Of a DNA stretch of 64,000 bases, positions 10,339-17,802 are shown one piece after another. Origin of the DNA: Polaromonas sp. (GTDB lineage: Bacteria > Pseudomonadota > Gammaproteobacteria > Burkholderiales > Burkholderiaceae_C); the NCBI GenBank assembly GCA_031414215.1, contig JANNVB010000049.1, forward strand, positions 14,862 to 78,861, read 5' to 3'. Under the pieces are notes generated by a model. It made no database searches and had not been told where the DNA came from. It saw nothing but the letters and a program-made list of their open reading frames with translations. The position numbers were made by a program, and so were the translations under genes. Every line of letters starts with the position of its first letter. Positions within the stretch are counted from its first letter, which is position 1.

Positions 10339-10457
10339 CTATCTAAAACGTAGCTGCTTGCACGCGTATTTATTGGTCTGGAGCCCTGAATGACCATCAA
10401 AAACAGCTGAAAAAGCGGTTTTAAAGCCTGCTTCACCCCCCAGTTTTGACTTGAAGC
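10339..10457 (+). repeat. Family-A repeat, left half-element (~120 bp)
   Basis: ctatctaaaacgtagcTGCTTGCACGCGTATTTATTGGtctggagccctgaatgacc...cagctgaaaaagcggtttt... aligns over ~100 nt with the left arm of 8977-9187, in the same orientation. Confidence 0.8.
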
Positions 10458-10635
10458 GTCATCCGTTTACAAAACCGACCTGGCATCTGCAAGCAAACAC
10501 CAGTCGCCGCCGATGTCGAATCCGTAGCTACAAAAACATTGGAATGCTCATCAGTAAATCCCCTCTGGAGGGTCACGCTGAGTCGTGTTAATTTGGCGAT
10601 TGGATTCCCTTCAACCTCCCACATCACCCCATAAC

Positions 10636-11955
10636 ATGACGCAACTCCCTCGCACCCCACTGGCCCTGATGGGCGCTTCACTGTTGTTTCTGGCGGGTTG
10701 CGCCGCTGTGCCGACTACCCCGCCCGAGGCGGCTCCAGTCAAGCAGGCCTGCCCTGCCGGTGTGCCAGCCGGTGCAAGCTGCCTGCGGGGGCAAGACTCT
10801 GCTACGGCGCACTACCTTATCGTGATGCCAGCCAAATGGAGCGGCGTACTGGTAGTGCATGCCCATGGCGGGCCTGTGCTGGGCGAGCCCAAAACCACCC
10901 GCTCCGATGAAGACATCATGCGCTGGGGTGTCACCGTCAAAGAAGGGCATGCCTGGGCGGGCTCGGTGTTTCGACAGGGCGGCTTTGCTGTGACCACGGC
11001 TGCCGAAGATACCGAGCGTGTGCGCCGGATTTTTGTTGACCATGTGGCCAAACCGCGCGTGACCTTGCTGCACGGGCAGTCGTGGGGCGGCATGGTGGCC
11101 ACGCGGGCGGCCGAGATGTTTCCCAAATCGTGGAACGGTATGTTGCTGACGAGCGGCGTGGTGGCAGGGCCAGCCACCTACGACTTTCGGCTGGACTTGC
11201 GTGCAATCTACCAGCACCTTTGCGGCAACCTGCCGCTGGCTACCGAGCCCGCCTATTCACTGGCCGTTGGCTTGCCCGCCGACAGCAAGCTGACCAACGC
11301 AGAGATTGTGGCTAGAGCAGACGAATGCCTGGGCGTGCGAAAGCCGGCCGCCCAGCGCACGCCCCAGCAGGCGCAAAAGCTCAAAACCATTGTGGATGTG
11401 CTCAAGATTCCCGAAAGCTCGGTGGTGGGCCACCTGAACTGGGCTACCTTCACGCTGCGCGATGTGGTCACCAAAAATGGCGGCGTCAGCCCGTTTGGCA
11501 ACGAGCGCGTGCGCTATGTGGGATCAAATGACGATGCGGCGCTCAATGCCGCCGTGCAACGTTTCAAGCCCGACCCAGCCGCCGTAGCGCGGTTTGCCGC
11601 CGACGTTGACCACGCCGGGCGCTTTGCCGTGCCCGTGGTCAGTGCGCACGGTATTGGCGACGCAACAGTGTTTGTAGAGGGCAGCGACACGCTGCGCCAG
11701 CGTATGGCAGCGGCTGGCAACGGCCAGCGGCTGGTACAAAACTTTGTGGATTCAGCTGAGCACAGTTATTGGGGCGATGCCTACTACCCGCCGCTGTTTA
11801 ACGCGCTCTTGACATGGGTTGAAAAGGGCCAAAAACCCACACCGGCAGGCATTGCCGCCAGTTGCCTGCAGCAACCAGGCGCTGCCGCCAAAGACTGCCA
11901 GTTTTTGCCAGACTACGTGAACAAACCTTTAGCCTCACGCGTCTTTGTGCGCTGA
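10636..11955 (+). CDS. alpha/beta-hydrolase-like lipoprotein, substrate unknown
   Basis: ATG 10636 gives MTQLPRTPLALMGASLLFLAGC (lipobox). HAHGGP and nucleophile elbow GQSWGG. The track ORF starts further upstream at 10585. Confidence 0.5.
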   Translation: MTQLPRTPLALMGASLLFLAGCAAVPTTPPEAAPVKQACPAGVPAGASCLRGQDSATAHYLIVMPAKWSGVLVVHAHGGPVLGEPKTTRSDEDIMRWGVTVKEGHAWAGSVFRQGGFAVTTAAEDTERVRRIFVDHVAKPRVTLLHGQSWGGMVATRAAEMFPKSWNGMLLTSGVVAGPATYDFRLDLRAIYQHLCGNLPLATEPAYSLAVGLPADSKLTNAEIVARADECLGVRKPAAQRTPQQAQKLKTIVDVLKIPESSVVGHLNWATFTLRDVVTKNGGVSPFGNERVRYVGSNDDAALNAAVQRFKPDPAAVARFAADVDHAGRFAVPVVSAHGIGDATVFVEGSDTLRQRMAAAGNGQRLVQNFVDSAEHSYWGDAYYPPLFNALLTWVEKGQKPTPAGIAASCLQQPGAAAKDCQFLPDYVNKPLASRVFVR

Positions 11956-12009
11956 GCCATGCTGATGGGGCTGTAGTCGCAGGCAGCCCTCGCGCAACTC
12001 AGGCCCGAT

Positions 12010-12429
12010 TTACGTCGACCCTTCAATGACCGTGCCCGAGGCCAGCAGCTCGTCAATGCGGGCCATGACCTGCAGGCCGGTTTGGGAGTAGGGGTCGAAC
12101 TCGGGCCAGACGATTTTGGTTTCGGGGTCCACGTCTGACAGGCTCACATGGGCCATGGACCAGTTTTCGTACCGGCGCCTGGCAATGCTTTCACAGTGGA
12201 TCATTTCCACATTGGCATGCCGCTTGTCAGCATAAATGCGCGCATACAGCTGGGTAACAGTGCTGCGCTCGCCCTCAAGCGCCTGCAGGTAAACGCCCTG
12301 GCCCTGGCATAGCACGCCAGTAATGCCATTGGCCAAGTTGGTGACCTGTGCTTTTCGCAAAATGGCCTGAGCAGTGTCAGCGGTTTGCGTGCCGGCTGCA
12401 CTGCTGATGTAGATAACGCGGATGAGCAT
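12010..12429 (-). CDS. BLUF-domain (blue-light FAD sensor) short protein
   Basis: MLIRVIYISS...NGITGVLCQGQGVYLQALEGERSTVTQLYARIYADKRH matches the BLUF signature. ATG 12429 preferred over GTG 12438. Confidence 0.8.
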   Translation of the reverse strand: MLIRVIYISSAAGTQTADTAQAILRKAQVTNLANGITGVLCQGQGVYLQALEGERSTVTQLYARIYADKRHANVEMIHCESIARRRYENWSMAHVSLSDVDPETKIVWPEFDPYSQTGLQVMARIDELLASGTVIEGST

Positions 12430-12572
12430 GAAAAGCACCTGATGGATGAGAACTGCCTAAGCGAAGCCAACGGTAATTCGGCAGACATTTGAACCGCTGA
12501 CTCGCGCGCAATTGCGATAGCAAGCGTACCAGAGCGGCATGACCCGTTGCTGCAAGAGGTTTTGGAAAGACG

Positions 12573-12612
12573 ATGGGCAAAATAATGGGAAAATAATGGG
12601 AAAATAATGGGG
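12573..12612. repeat. 11-bp tandem repeat (ATGGGAAAATA, about 3.5 units)
   Basis: atgggcaaaata atgggaaaata atgggaaaata atggggg, in the BLUF / phd-doc divergent intergenic region. Confidence 0.9.
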
Positions 12613-12634
12613 GTCAGACTCCAATTGATTTCAA
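12609..12634 (+). repeat. Family-B repeat fragment (GGGGTCAGACTCCAATTGATTTCAA)
   Basis: gggggtcagactccaattgatttcaa. Near-identical to 10277-10306. Confidence 0.7.
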
Positions 12635-12690
12635 TGCGAGGCATTTTTTTCCAAACAAATTGCTTGACCATGAGCCCAGTCGTGTTCAGT

Positions 12691-12704
12691 ATTACGTTTG
12701 TAAT
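12691..12704. promoter_or_regulatory. small palindrome ATTAC-N4-GTAAT just upstream of the phd SD (possible antitoxin operator)
   Basis: attacgtttgtaat lies 4 nt before the GGAG SD of the antitoxin gene. TTGACC at 12664-12669 could be a -35 element. Confidence 0.25.
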
Positions 12705-12718
12705 AACGGAGTCACATC

Positions 12719-12943
12719 ATGCACATGCTCAAACTGACGCAAATTGGTAATTCGGTCGGCGCTATCTTTCCCAAGGATCTACTGGCGCAAATGCGACTTG
12801 AAAAAGGTGATGATTTTTATGTCACTGAAACACCTGACGGCCTGCGCATCACCGCGCACAACCCGGAATTTGAAGAACAAATGCGCCTTGGTCGCGAAAT
12901 CATGAAAGAGCGGCGTACCGTGTTGCGCGAGCTGGCCAAATGA
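12719..12943 (+). CDS. AbrB/MazE-fold antitoxin (Phd-role partner of Doc)
   Basis: 74 aa. KLTQIGNSVGAIFPKDLLAQMRLEKGDDFYV is a SpoVT/AbrB-type swapped-hairpin motif. ATGA overlap with the Doc gene. Confidence 0.8.
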   Translation: MHMLKLTQIGNSVGAIFPKDLLAQMRLEKGDDFYVTETPDGLRITAHNPEFEEQMRLGREIMKERRTVLRELAK

Positions 12944-13335
12944 CCGCCTGGCGCTGGATTGACCGCGCCGTATTAATTGCCATCCACGACATGCAGTTGG
13001 CCGAGCACTGCGGCGGCGCGGGCTTGCGGGACGGCAATTTGCTTGAATCAGCATTGGCCAAACCAGAAAACCTGGCGGCGTGTGGCGAGCCTGATGCTGC
13101 TGCGTTGGCAGCCGCTTACGGTTACGGGATTTCGCGTAACCACGCTTTTATTGATGGCAATGAATGTACCGCATGGGTGGCGGCAGAGCTGTTTTTAAAG
13201 CTCAACGGCTGGCGCCTTGTTGTCGATGATGCGGATTGCGTGCTCACCATGCTGGCCGTCGCCACAGGCGACATCACAGAAGACGCTTTTGCCGACTGGC
13301 TGCGACTTCATGCACATAAAAAGCTGGTTAAATAG
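12940..13335 (+). CDS. doc: Doc (death-on-curing, Fic-fold) family toxin with a non-canonical active-site motif
   Basis: ...VLIAIHDMQLAEHCGGAGLRDGNLLESALAKP... is typical of the Doc family. The Fic/Doc motif reads HAFIDGNECTA (CAC GCT TTT ATT GAT GGC AAT GAA TGT ACC) instead of HxFx(D/N)(A/G)NKRTA. Confidence 0.85.
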   Translation: MTAWRWIDRAVLIAIHDMQLAEHCGGAGLRDGNLLESALAKPENLAACGEPDAAALAAAYGYGISRNHAFIDGNECTAWVAAELFLKLNGWRLVVDDADCVLTMLAVATGDITEDAFADWLRLHAHKKLVK

Positions 13336-13344
13336 GTTTTAAAC

Positions 13345-13383
13345 CCAATAAATACGGGCGCGGGCAGCTCATTAACTTGTAGC
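13345..13383 (-). repeat. Family-A repeat, solo end
   Basis: CCAATAAATACGGGCGCGGGCAGCtcattaacttgtagc, between the convergent doc and decarboxylase stops. Confidence 0.8.
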
Positions 13384-13387
13384 GGTC

Positions 13388-15694
13388 TTACTTCCCCACG
13401 CAATCCGCGTAATACCGCAGCTTGCCTTTGGCATCGACCTGCTCGACCAGACCGTGAATGTCGGTTTCAAAGCCCGGGCACTGGGCATTGAACTCGCGCG
13501 CAAACTTCAAATAATCCACGATCTTTTTGTTGAAGACTTCGCCGGGAATCAATAGTGGAATGCCCGGTGGGTATGGCGTGACCAGGCCCACGGTGATGCG
13601 GCCTTCCAGGTGGTCAATCTCTACCCGCTCGGTGGTGCGGTGGGCGATGTGGGCGTAAGCGTCGCTGGGTTTCATCGCGGGTTCAAGGTCGCTCTGATAG
13701 ACCTCGGTTGTCAGCCGCGCAATGTCGTACTTGGCGTACATGGCGTGGATGTGCTGGCACAGGTCGGCCAGGCCCATTTGCTCGTACTTGGGGTGCTTTT
13801 GGCAAAACTCGGGAAGGATGCGCCACATGGCGGCGTTCTTGTCATAGTCGTCCTTGAACTGTTGCAAGGCGGTGAGCAAGGTGTTCCAGCGGCCTTTGGT
13901 GATGCCGATGGTGAACATGATGAAAAAACTGTAAAGGCCGGTTTTTTCAACAATCACGCCGTGCTCGGCCAAAAACTTGGTGACGATGCTGGCTGGGATG
14001 CCGGTTTTGGCAAACTTGCCGTTCAGGTCCATACCCGGCGTGACGATGGTCGCCTTGATCGGGTCGAGCATGTTGAAGCCGGTGGCCATTTGGCCAAAGC
14101 CGTGCCAGTTGTTGGCACCGTTTCTGGCGGTTTTGGCGCTGCGAGACTCGCCCTTGATGATCCAGTCTTTCGGGTTGCCAATGCCTTCTTCGCCAGCATC
14201 ATCGCCCTCAAACTTGTCTGGGCCCCAGACCTTGAACCACCAATCAGCACCATATTCAGCGTCGATCTTCTTCATGGCACGACGGAAGTCGAGCGCCTCG
14301 GCAATGCTTTCTTCAACCAGCGCGGTGCCACCCGGTGGCTCCATCATAGCGGCGGCAACGTCGCAACTGGCAATAATGCTGTACTGCGGGGAGGTAGAGG
14401 TGTGCATCAGATACGCTTCATTGAACAGGTGCCTGTCGAGCTTGACGTCCTGCGAGTCCTGCACCAGCACGTGACTGGCCTGGCTGATACCGGCCAGCAG
14501 TTTGTGGATGGATTGCGTGGAATAAACCACCGCCGTCTTGGGGCGTATGCGGTTCTTGCCCATGGCGTGGTAACTGCCGTAAAACGGGTGAAACGCGGCG
14601 TGCGGCAACCAGGCTTCGTCAAAGTGCAGGTTGTCGATGTAGCCGTCGAGCATGCCTTTGATGGTTTCGGTGTTGTACAGCACGCCGTCGTAGGTGGACT
14701 GCGTCAATGTCATCACGCGCGGTTTGATTTTGCTGATGTTCTTGACGCCCTTGAGCAGCGGGTTGGCTGCAATTTTGGCGCGAATGGCGTCGGGTTCAAA
14801 CTCGCTTTGCGGAATCGGCCCGATGATACCGAAATGGTTGCGCGTAGGCTTGAGGAACACCGGAATCGAGCCGGTCATGATGATCGCGTGCAAGATCGAC
14901 TTGTGGCAGTTGCGGTCGACCACCACCACGTCGCCCGGTGCCACGGTGTGGTGCCACACCATCTTGTTGCTGGTTGACGTGCCGTTGGTGACGAAAAAGC
15001 AATGATCTGCGTTAAAAATCCGCGCTGCGTTGCGCTCAGACGCGCCAATCGCGCCGTCGTGGTCCAGCAGTTGGCCGAGCTCTTCGACCGCGTTGCAGAC
15101 GTCAGCGCGCAGCATGTTTTCACCATAAAACTGGTGGTACATCTGGCCGACCGGGCTTTTCAAAAACGCCACGCCACCCGAATGGCCGGGACAATGCCAG
15201 CTGTAGGAGCCGTCTTCAGCGTAGTCGAGCAGTGCCTTGAAGAACGGCGGCTGCACGCCTTCCAGGTAGCTTTTAGCTTCTCTCAAAATATGCCGGGCCA
15301 CAAACTCAGGCGTGTCTTCAAACATGTGAATGAAGCCGTGCAGCTCACGCAAAATATCGTTCGGGATATGGCGTGAGGTTTTGGTTTCGCCATAGACGTA
15401 AATCGGCACATCCAGATTCTTGCGGCGCACTTCTTCAATGAAGTTGCGCAGGTTTAAAACCGCCGGGTCCAAATCAGGGCCGGGGGTAAATTCTTCATCA
15501 TCGATCGACAAAATAAACGCACTCGCCCTGCTTTGCTGCTGGGCAAACTGGCTCAGGTCGCCGTAGCTGGTCACACCCAACACTTCAAAACCTTCGGTTT
15601 CTATGGCTTGCGCCAGTGCGCGAATGCCCAGGCCGGAGGTGTTTTCAGAGCGGAAGTCTTCGTCAATGATGACGATGGGGAAACGAAATTTCAT
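13388..15694 (-). CDS. Orn/Lys/Arg decarboxylase (large, wing-domain biodegradative-type fold)
   Basis: ATG 15694 gives MKFRFPIVIIDEDF... (receiver-like wing domain). PLP region ...FFVTNGTSTSNKMV...DRNCHKS...STHKLLAG-like (SIHKLLAGISQAS). The track ORF extends to 15874, but that extension is hydrophobic junk. Confidence 0.9.
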   Translation of the reverse strand: MKFRFPIVIIDEDFRSENTSGLGIRALAQAIETEGFEVLGVTSYGDLSQFAQQQSRASAFILSIDDEEFTPGPDLDPAVLNLRNFIEEVRRKNLDVPIYVYGETKTSRHIPNDILRELHGFIHMFEDTPEFVARHILREAKSYLEGVQPPFFKALLDYAEDGSYSWHCPGHSGGVAFLKSPVGQMYHQFYGENMLRADVCNAVEELGQLLDHDGAIGASERNAARIFNADHCFFVTNGTSTSNKMVWHHTVAPGDVVVVDRNCHKSILHAIIMTGSIPVFLKPTRNHFGIIGPIPQSEFEPDAIRAKIAANPLLKGVKNISKIKPRVMTLTQSTYDGVLYNTETIKGMLDGYIDNLHFDEAWLPHAAFHPFYGSYHAMGKNRIRPKTAVVYSTQSIHKLLAGISQASHVLVQDSQDVKLDRHLFNEAYLMHTSTSPQYSIIASCDVAAAMMEPPGGTALVEESIAEALDFRRAMKKIDAEYGADWWFKVWGPDKFEGDDAGEEGIGNPKDWIIKGESRSAKTARNGANNWHGFGQMATGFNMLDPIKATIVTPGMDLNGKFAKTGIPASIVTKFLAEHGVIVEKTGLYSFFIMFTIGITKGRWNTLLTALQQFKDDYDKNAAMWRILPEFCQKHPKYEQMGLADLCQHIHAMYAKYDIARLTTEVYQSDLEPAMKPSDAYAHIAHRTTERVEIDHLEGRITVGLVTPYPPGIPLLIPGEVFNKKIVDYLKFAREFNAQCPGFETDIHGLVEQVDAKGKLRYYADCVGK

Positions 15695-15861
15695 GGCATT
15701 AAAGGTGGTGATGAATAAAGCAGCAACAAGAGCCTGAGGAACAAGAACCTGCGAAACTGTCAAAGTGTACGGAAATAATATGGCGTTGAGCTTGCAGGGT
15801 GCTACATTGGCCGCAAAGTGTGTTCCCAGTCCTACAAACAACAAAACAAAGGAGAGTCGGC

Positions 15862-16284
15862 ATGTCGGAATCAACCATTTGGTGGCTGCTAGCAGGTGCT
15901 GCAGTGGGCATAGAGCTTGTCACGGGCACGTTTTACCTGCTGATGCTGGCCATCGGCTTGGCGGCTGCGGCCATAGCGGCTCATTTGGGCTTGCCACTGA
16001 CCTGGCAACTCGTCACAGCTGCGGTGGTGGGCGGCGGCGCAGTGGTGCTGTGGCACTACTTGCGCGGCGACCAACCCAGCAAGCTGCCAGCTCAGTCAAA
16101 CGCAGATGTGCACATCGACATTGGCGAACCGGTGTTTGTTGAAGTCTGGAACGCCGACGGCACGGCCAACGTCAAATACCGCGGCTCCAATTGGGCCGCC
16201 ATTACCCACGGTTCAGCGCCATCAGCAGGCCAGCACCGGATCAAAGAGCTGATGGGCAATCGCCTGGTGCTTGAGAAAATTTAA
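15862..16284 (+). CDS. NfeD-family membrane protein
   Basis: AAGGAGAG SD then ATG 15862. MSESTIWWLLAGAAVGIELVTGTFYLLMLAIGLAAAAIAAHL TM hairpin plus a C-terminal OB-like segment. Precedes an SPFH gene, the classical NfeD-SPFH pair. Confidence 0.8.
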   Translation: MSESTIWWLLAGAAVGIELVTGTFYLLMLAIGLAAAAIAAHLGLPLTWQLVTAAVVGGGAVVLWHYLRGDQPSKLPAQSNADVHIDIGEPVFVEVWNADGTANVKYRGSNWAAITHGSAPSAGQHRIKELMGNRLVLEKI

Positions 16285-16317
16285 ACCTTTTAATTTGTTA
16301 CTAACCGGGAGAAACCT

Positions 16318-17229
16318 ATGGAAATTGCACTCGTCCTGCTCGTTGTAGCGGCTATTTTTATTGTGCGCAGCATCAAGGTGGTGCCGCAGCAAAACGCTTG
16401 GGTGGTAGAGCGGTTGGGCAAGTACCACGCTGCGCTGACGCCGGGCTTGAATTTTTTAGTGCCCTTCATTGACAAGGTCGCCTACAAACATTCGCTGAAA
16501 GAAATCCCGCTGGATGTGCCTAGCCAGGTTTGTATCACGCGCGACAACACCCAATTGCAGGTCGACGGTATTTTGTACTTTCAGGTCACAGACCCGATGC
16601 GTGCCAGCTACGGTTCGTCCAACTACATCGTTGCAGTGACGCAATTGGCGCAAACCTCGCTGCGCTCGGTCATCGGCAAGCTGGAACTGGATAAAACCTT
16701 TGAAGAGCGCACCATCATCAACTCGCAAGTCGTTGCCGCGATTGACGAGGCAGCGCTTAACTGGGGCGTGAAGGTGCTGCGCTACGAGATCAAAGACCTG
16801 ACACCCCCGAAGGAAATCTTGCATGCCATGCAGTCGCAAATCACCGCTGAACGTGAAAAGCGCGCGCTGATTGCAGCGTCTGAAGGCCGCAGGCAAGAGC
16901 AGATCAACATAGCCACTGGCGAGCGTGAGGCTTTTATTGCCCGGTCTGAAGGCGAAAAGCTGGCCGCCATCAACAACGCGCAGGGCGAAGCTTCAGCCAT
17001 CCTGGCAGTGGCTGATGCCAATGCCAAAGCGATTGAATTAGTAGCCAACGCGATACGCCAGCCCGGCGGTGAGCAAGCCGTGCAACTGAAGGTGGCTGAA
17101 AAAGCGGTAGAGGCGTATGCCCGTGTGGCTGCTGATGCGACAACCACCTTGATCGTGCCCAGCAACATGACGGAAGTTGCCGCCCTCATCACGTCCGCCA
17201 TGAAGATGGTTCAATCAAACAAAACTTGA
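16318..17229 (+). CDS. SPFH/band-7 (stomatin-like) protein
   Basis: N-terminal TM, then ...VVPQQNAWVVERLGKYHAALTPGLNFLVPFIDKV...ITRDNTQLQVDGILYFQVTDP..., followed by a coiled-coil Ala/Glu-rich tail. Confidence 0.9.
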   Translation: MEIALVLLVVAAIFIVRSIKVVPQQNAWVVERLGKYHAALTPGLNFLVPFIDKVAYKHSLKEIPLDVPSQVCITRDNTQLQVDGILYFQVTDPMRASYGSSNYIVAVTQLAQTSLRSVIGKLELDKTFEERTIINSQVVAAIDEAALNWGVKVLRYEIKDLTPPKEILHAMQSQITAEREKRALIAASEGRRQEQINIATGEREAFIARSEGEKLAAINNAQGEASAILAVADANAKAIELVANAIRQPGGEQAVQLKVAEKAVEAYARVAADATTTLIVPSNMTEVAALITSAMKMVQSNKT

Positions 17230-17245
17230 AATTTCCAAGGCTGTC

Positions 17246-17620
17246 ATGGATGTGATGAATGTTTTAGGTACGGCACTGGTGCCCTGCTCTTATGACCCGC
17301 TGACAGGCTACTTCAGGGACGGCTGCTGCAAAACGGACGAAAGCGACACCGGCTCGCACCTGATTTGCGCACGGGTAACGCCAGAGTTTTTGGTTTTTTC
17401 AAGCGACCGCGGCAATGATCTGACCACGCCCCGGCCTGAATTCCGCTTTGCTGGCCTAAAGCCTGGCGACCGCTGGTGCCTGTGCGCCACCCGCTGGGCC
17501 GAAGCCCTGACAGCCGGCGTCGCCCCGCCGGTGGTGCTGGAAAGCACACACGCCAGCGCGCTCAGGTTCGTCACGATAGAGCAATTGGAAAAGCACCGCT
17601 TCTCTAGCGCGCTACAATAG
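17246..17620 (+). CDS. DUF2237-like small Cys-rich protein
   Basis: NVLGTALVPCSYDPLTGYFRDGCCKTDESDTGSHLICARVTPEFL... matches my memory of DUF2237 proteins. Confidence 0.6.
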   Translation: MDVMNVLGTALVPCSYDPLTGYFRDGCCKTDESDTGSHLICARVTPEFLVFSSDRGNDLTTPRPEFRFAGLKPGDRWCLCATRWAEALTAGVAPPVVLESTHASALRFVTIEQLEKHRFSSALQ

Positions 17621-17630
17621 AAGGCTTAGC

Positions 17631-17720
17631 GGAAGGGTGGATGAGCGGTTTAAGTCATACGCCTGGAAAGCGTACGTAGGGTTAAACCTACCGCGGGTTC
17701 GAATCCCGCCTCTTCCGCCA
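17631..17720 (+). tRNA. tRNA-Ser (anticodon GGA)
   Basis: Acceptor GGAAGGG / CTCTTCC (one G-U pair). Anticodon loop CU-GGA-AA. Long variable arm. T-arm GCGGG-TTCGAAT-CCCGC. Encoded CCA. Confidence 0.9.
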
Positions 17721-17736
17721 GAAAACATCGACAAAA

Positions 17737-17762
17737 AGCCACCCTTGAGGTGGCTTTTTTAA
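17737..17762. terminator. rho-independent terminator after the tRNA (bidirectional context)
   Basis: Stem gccacc-cttga-ggtggc preceded by an A-run and followed by TTTTTT. Also lies downstream of the minus-strand gene that ends at 17803. Confidence 0.6.
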
Positions 17763-17802
17763 TGGCTTTTTGTTTTTGGCTCAAAACACTCAAGGCTTTA
17801 AA

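Noticed and set aside
12573-12612. Possible CRISPR-like array
   Set aside because: The units are 11 bp with no spacers, so this is a simple tandem repeat. No CRISPR repeat-spacer structure or cas genes occur anywhere in the window.
13610-14977. 455-aa plus-strand ORF antisense to the decarboxylase gene
   Set aside because: It has the same shadow-ORF character (runs of V/G/A/R/H, no domain). The opposite strand encodes a clearly conserved PLP enzyme.
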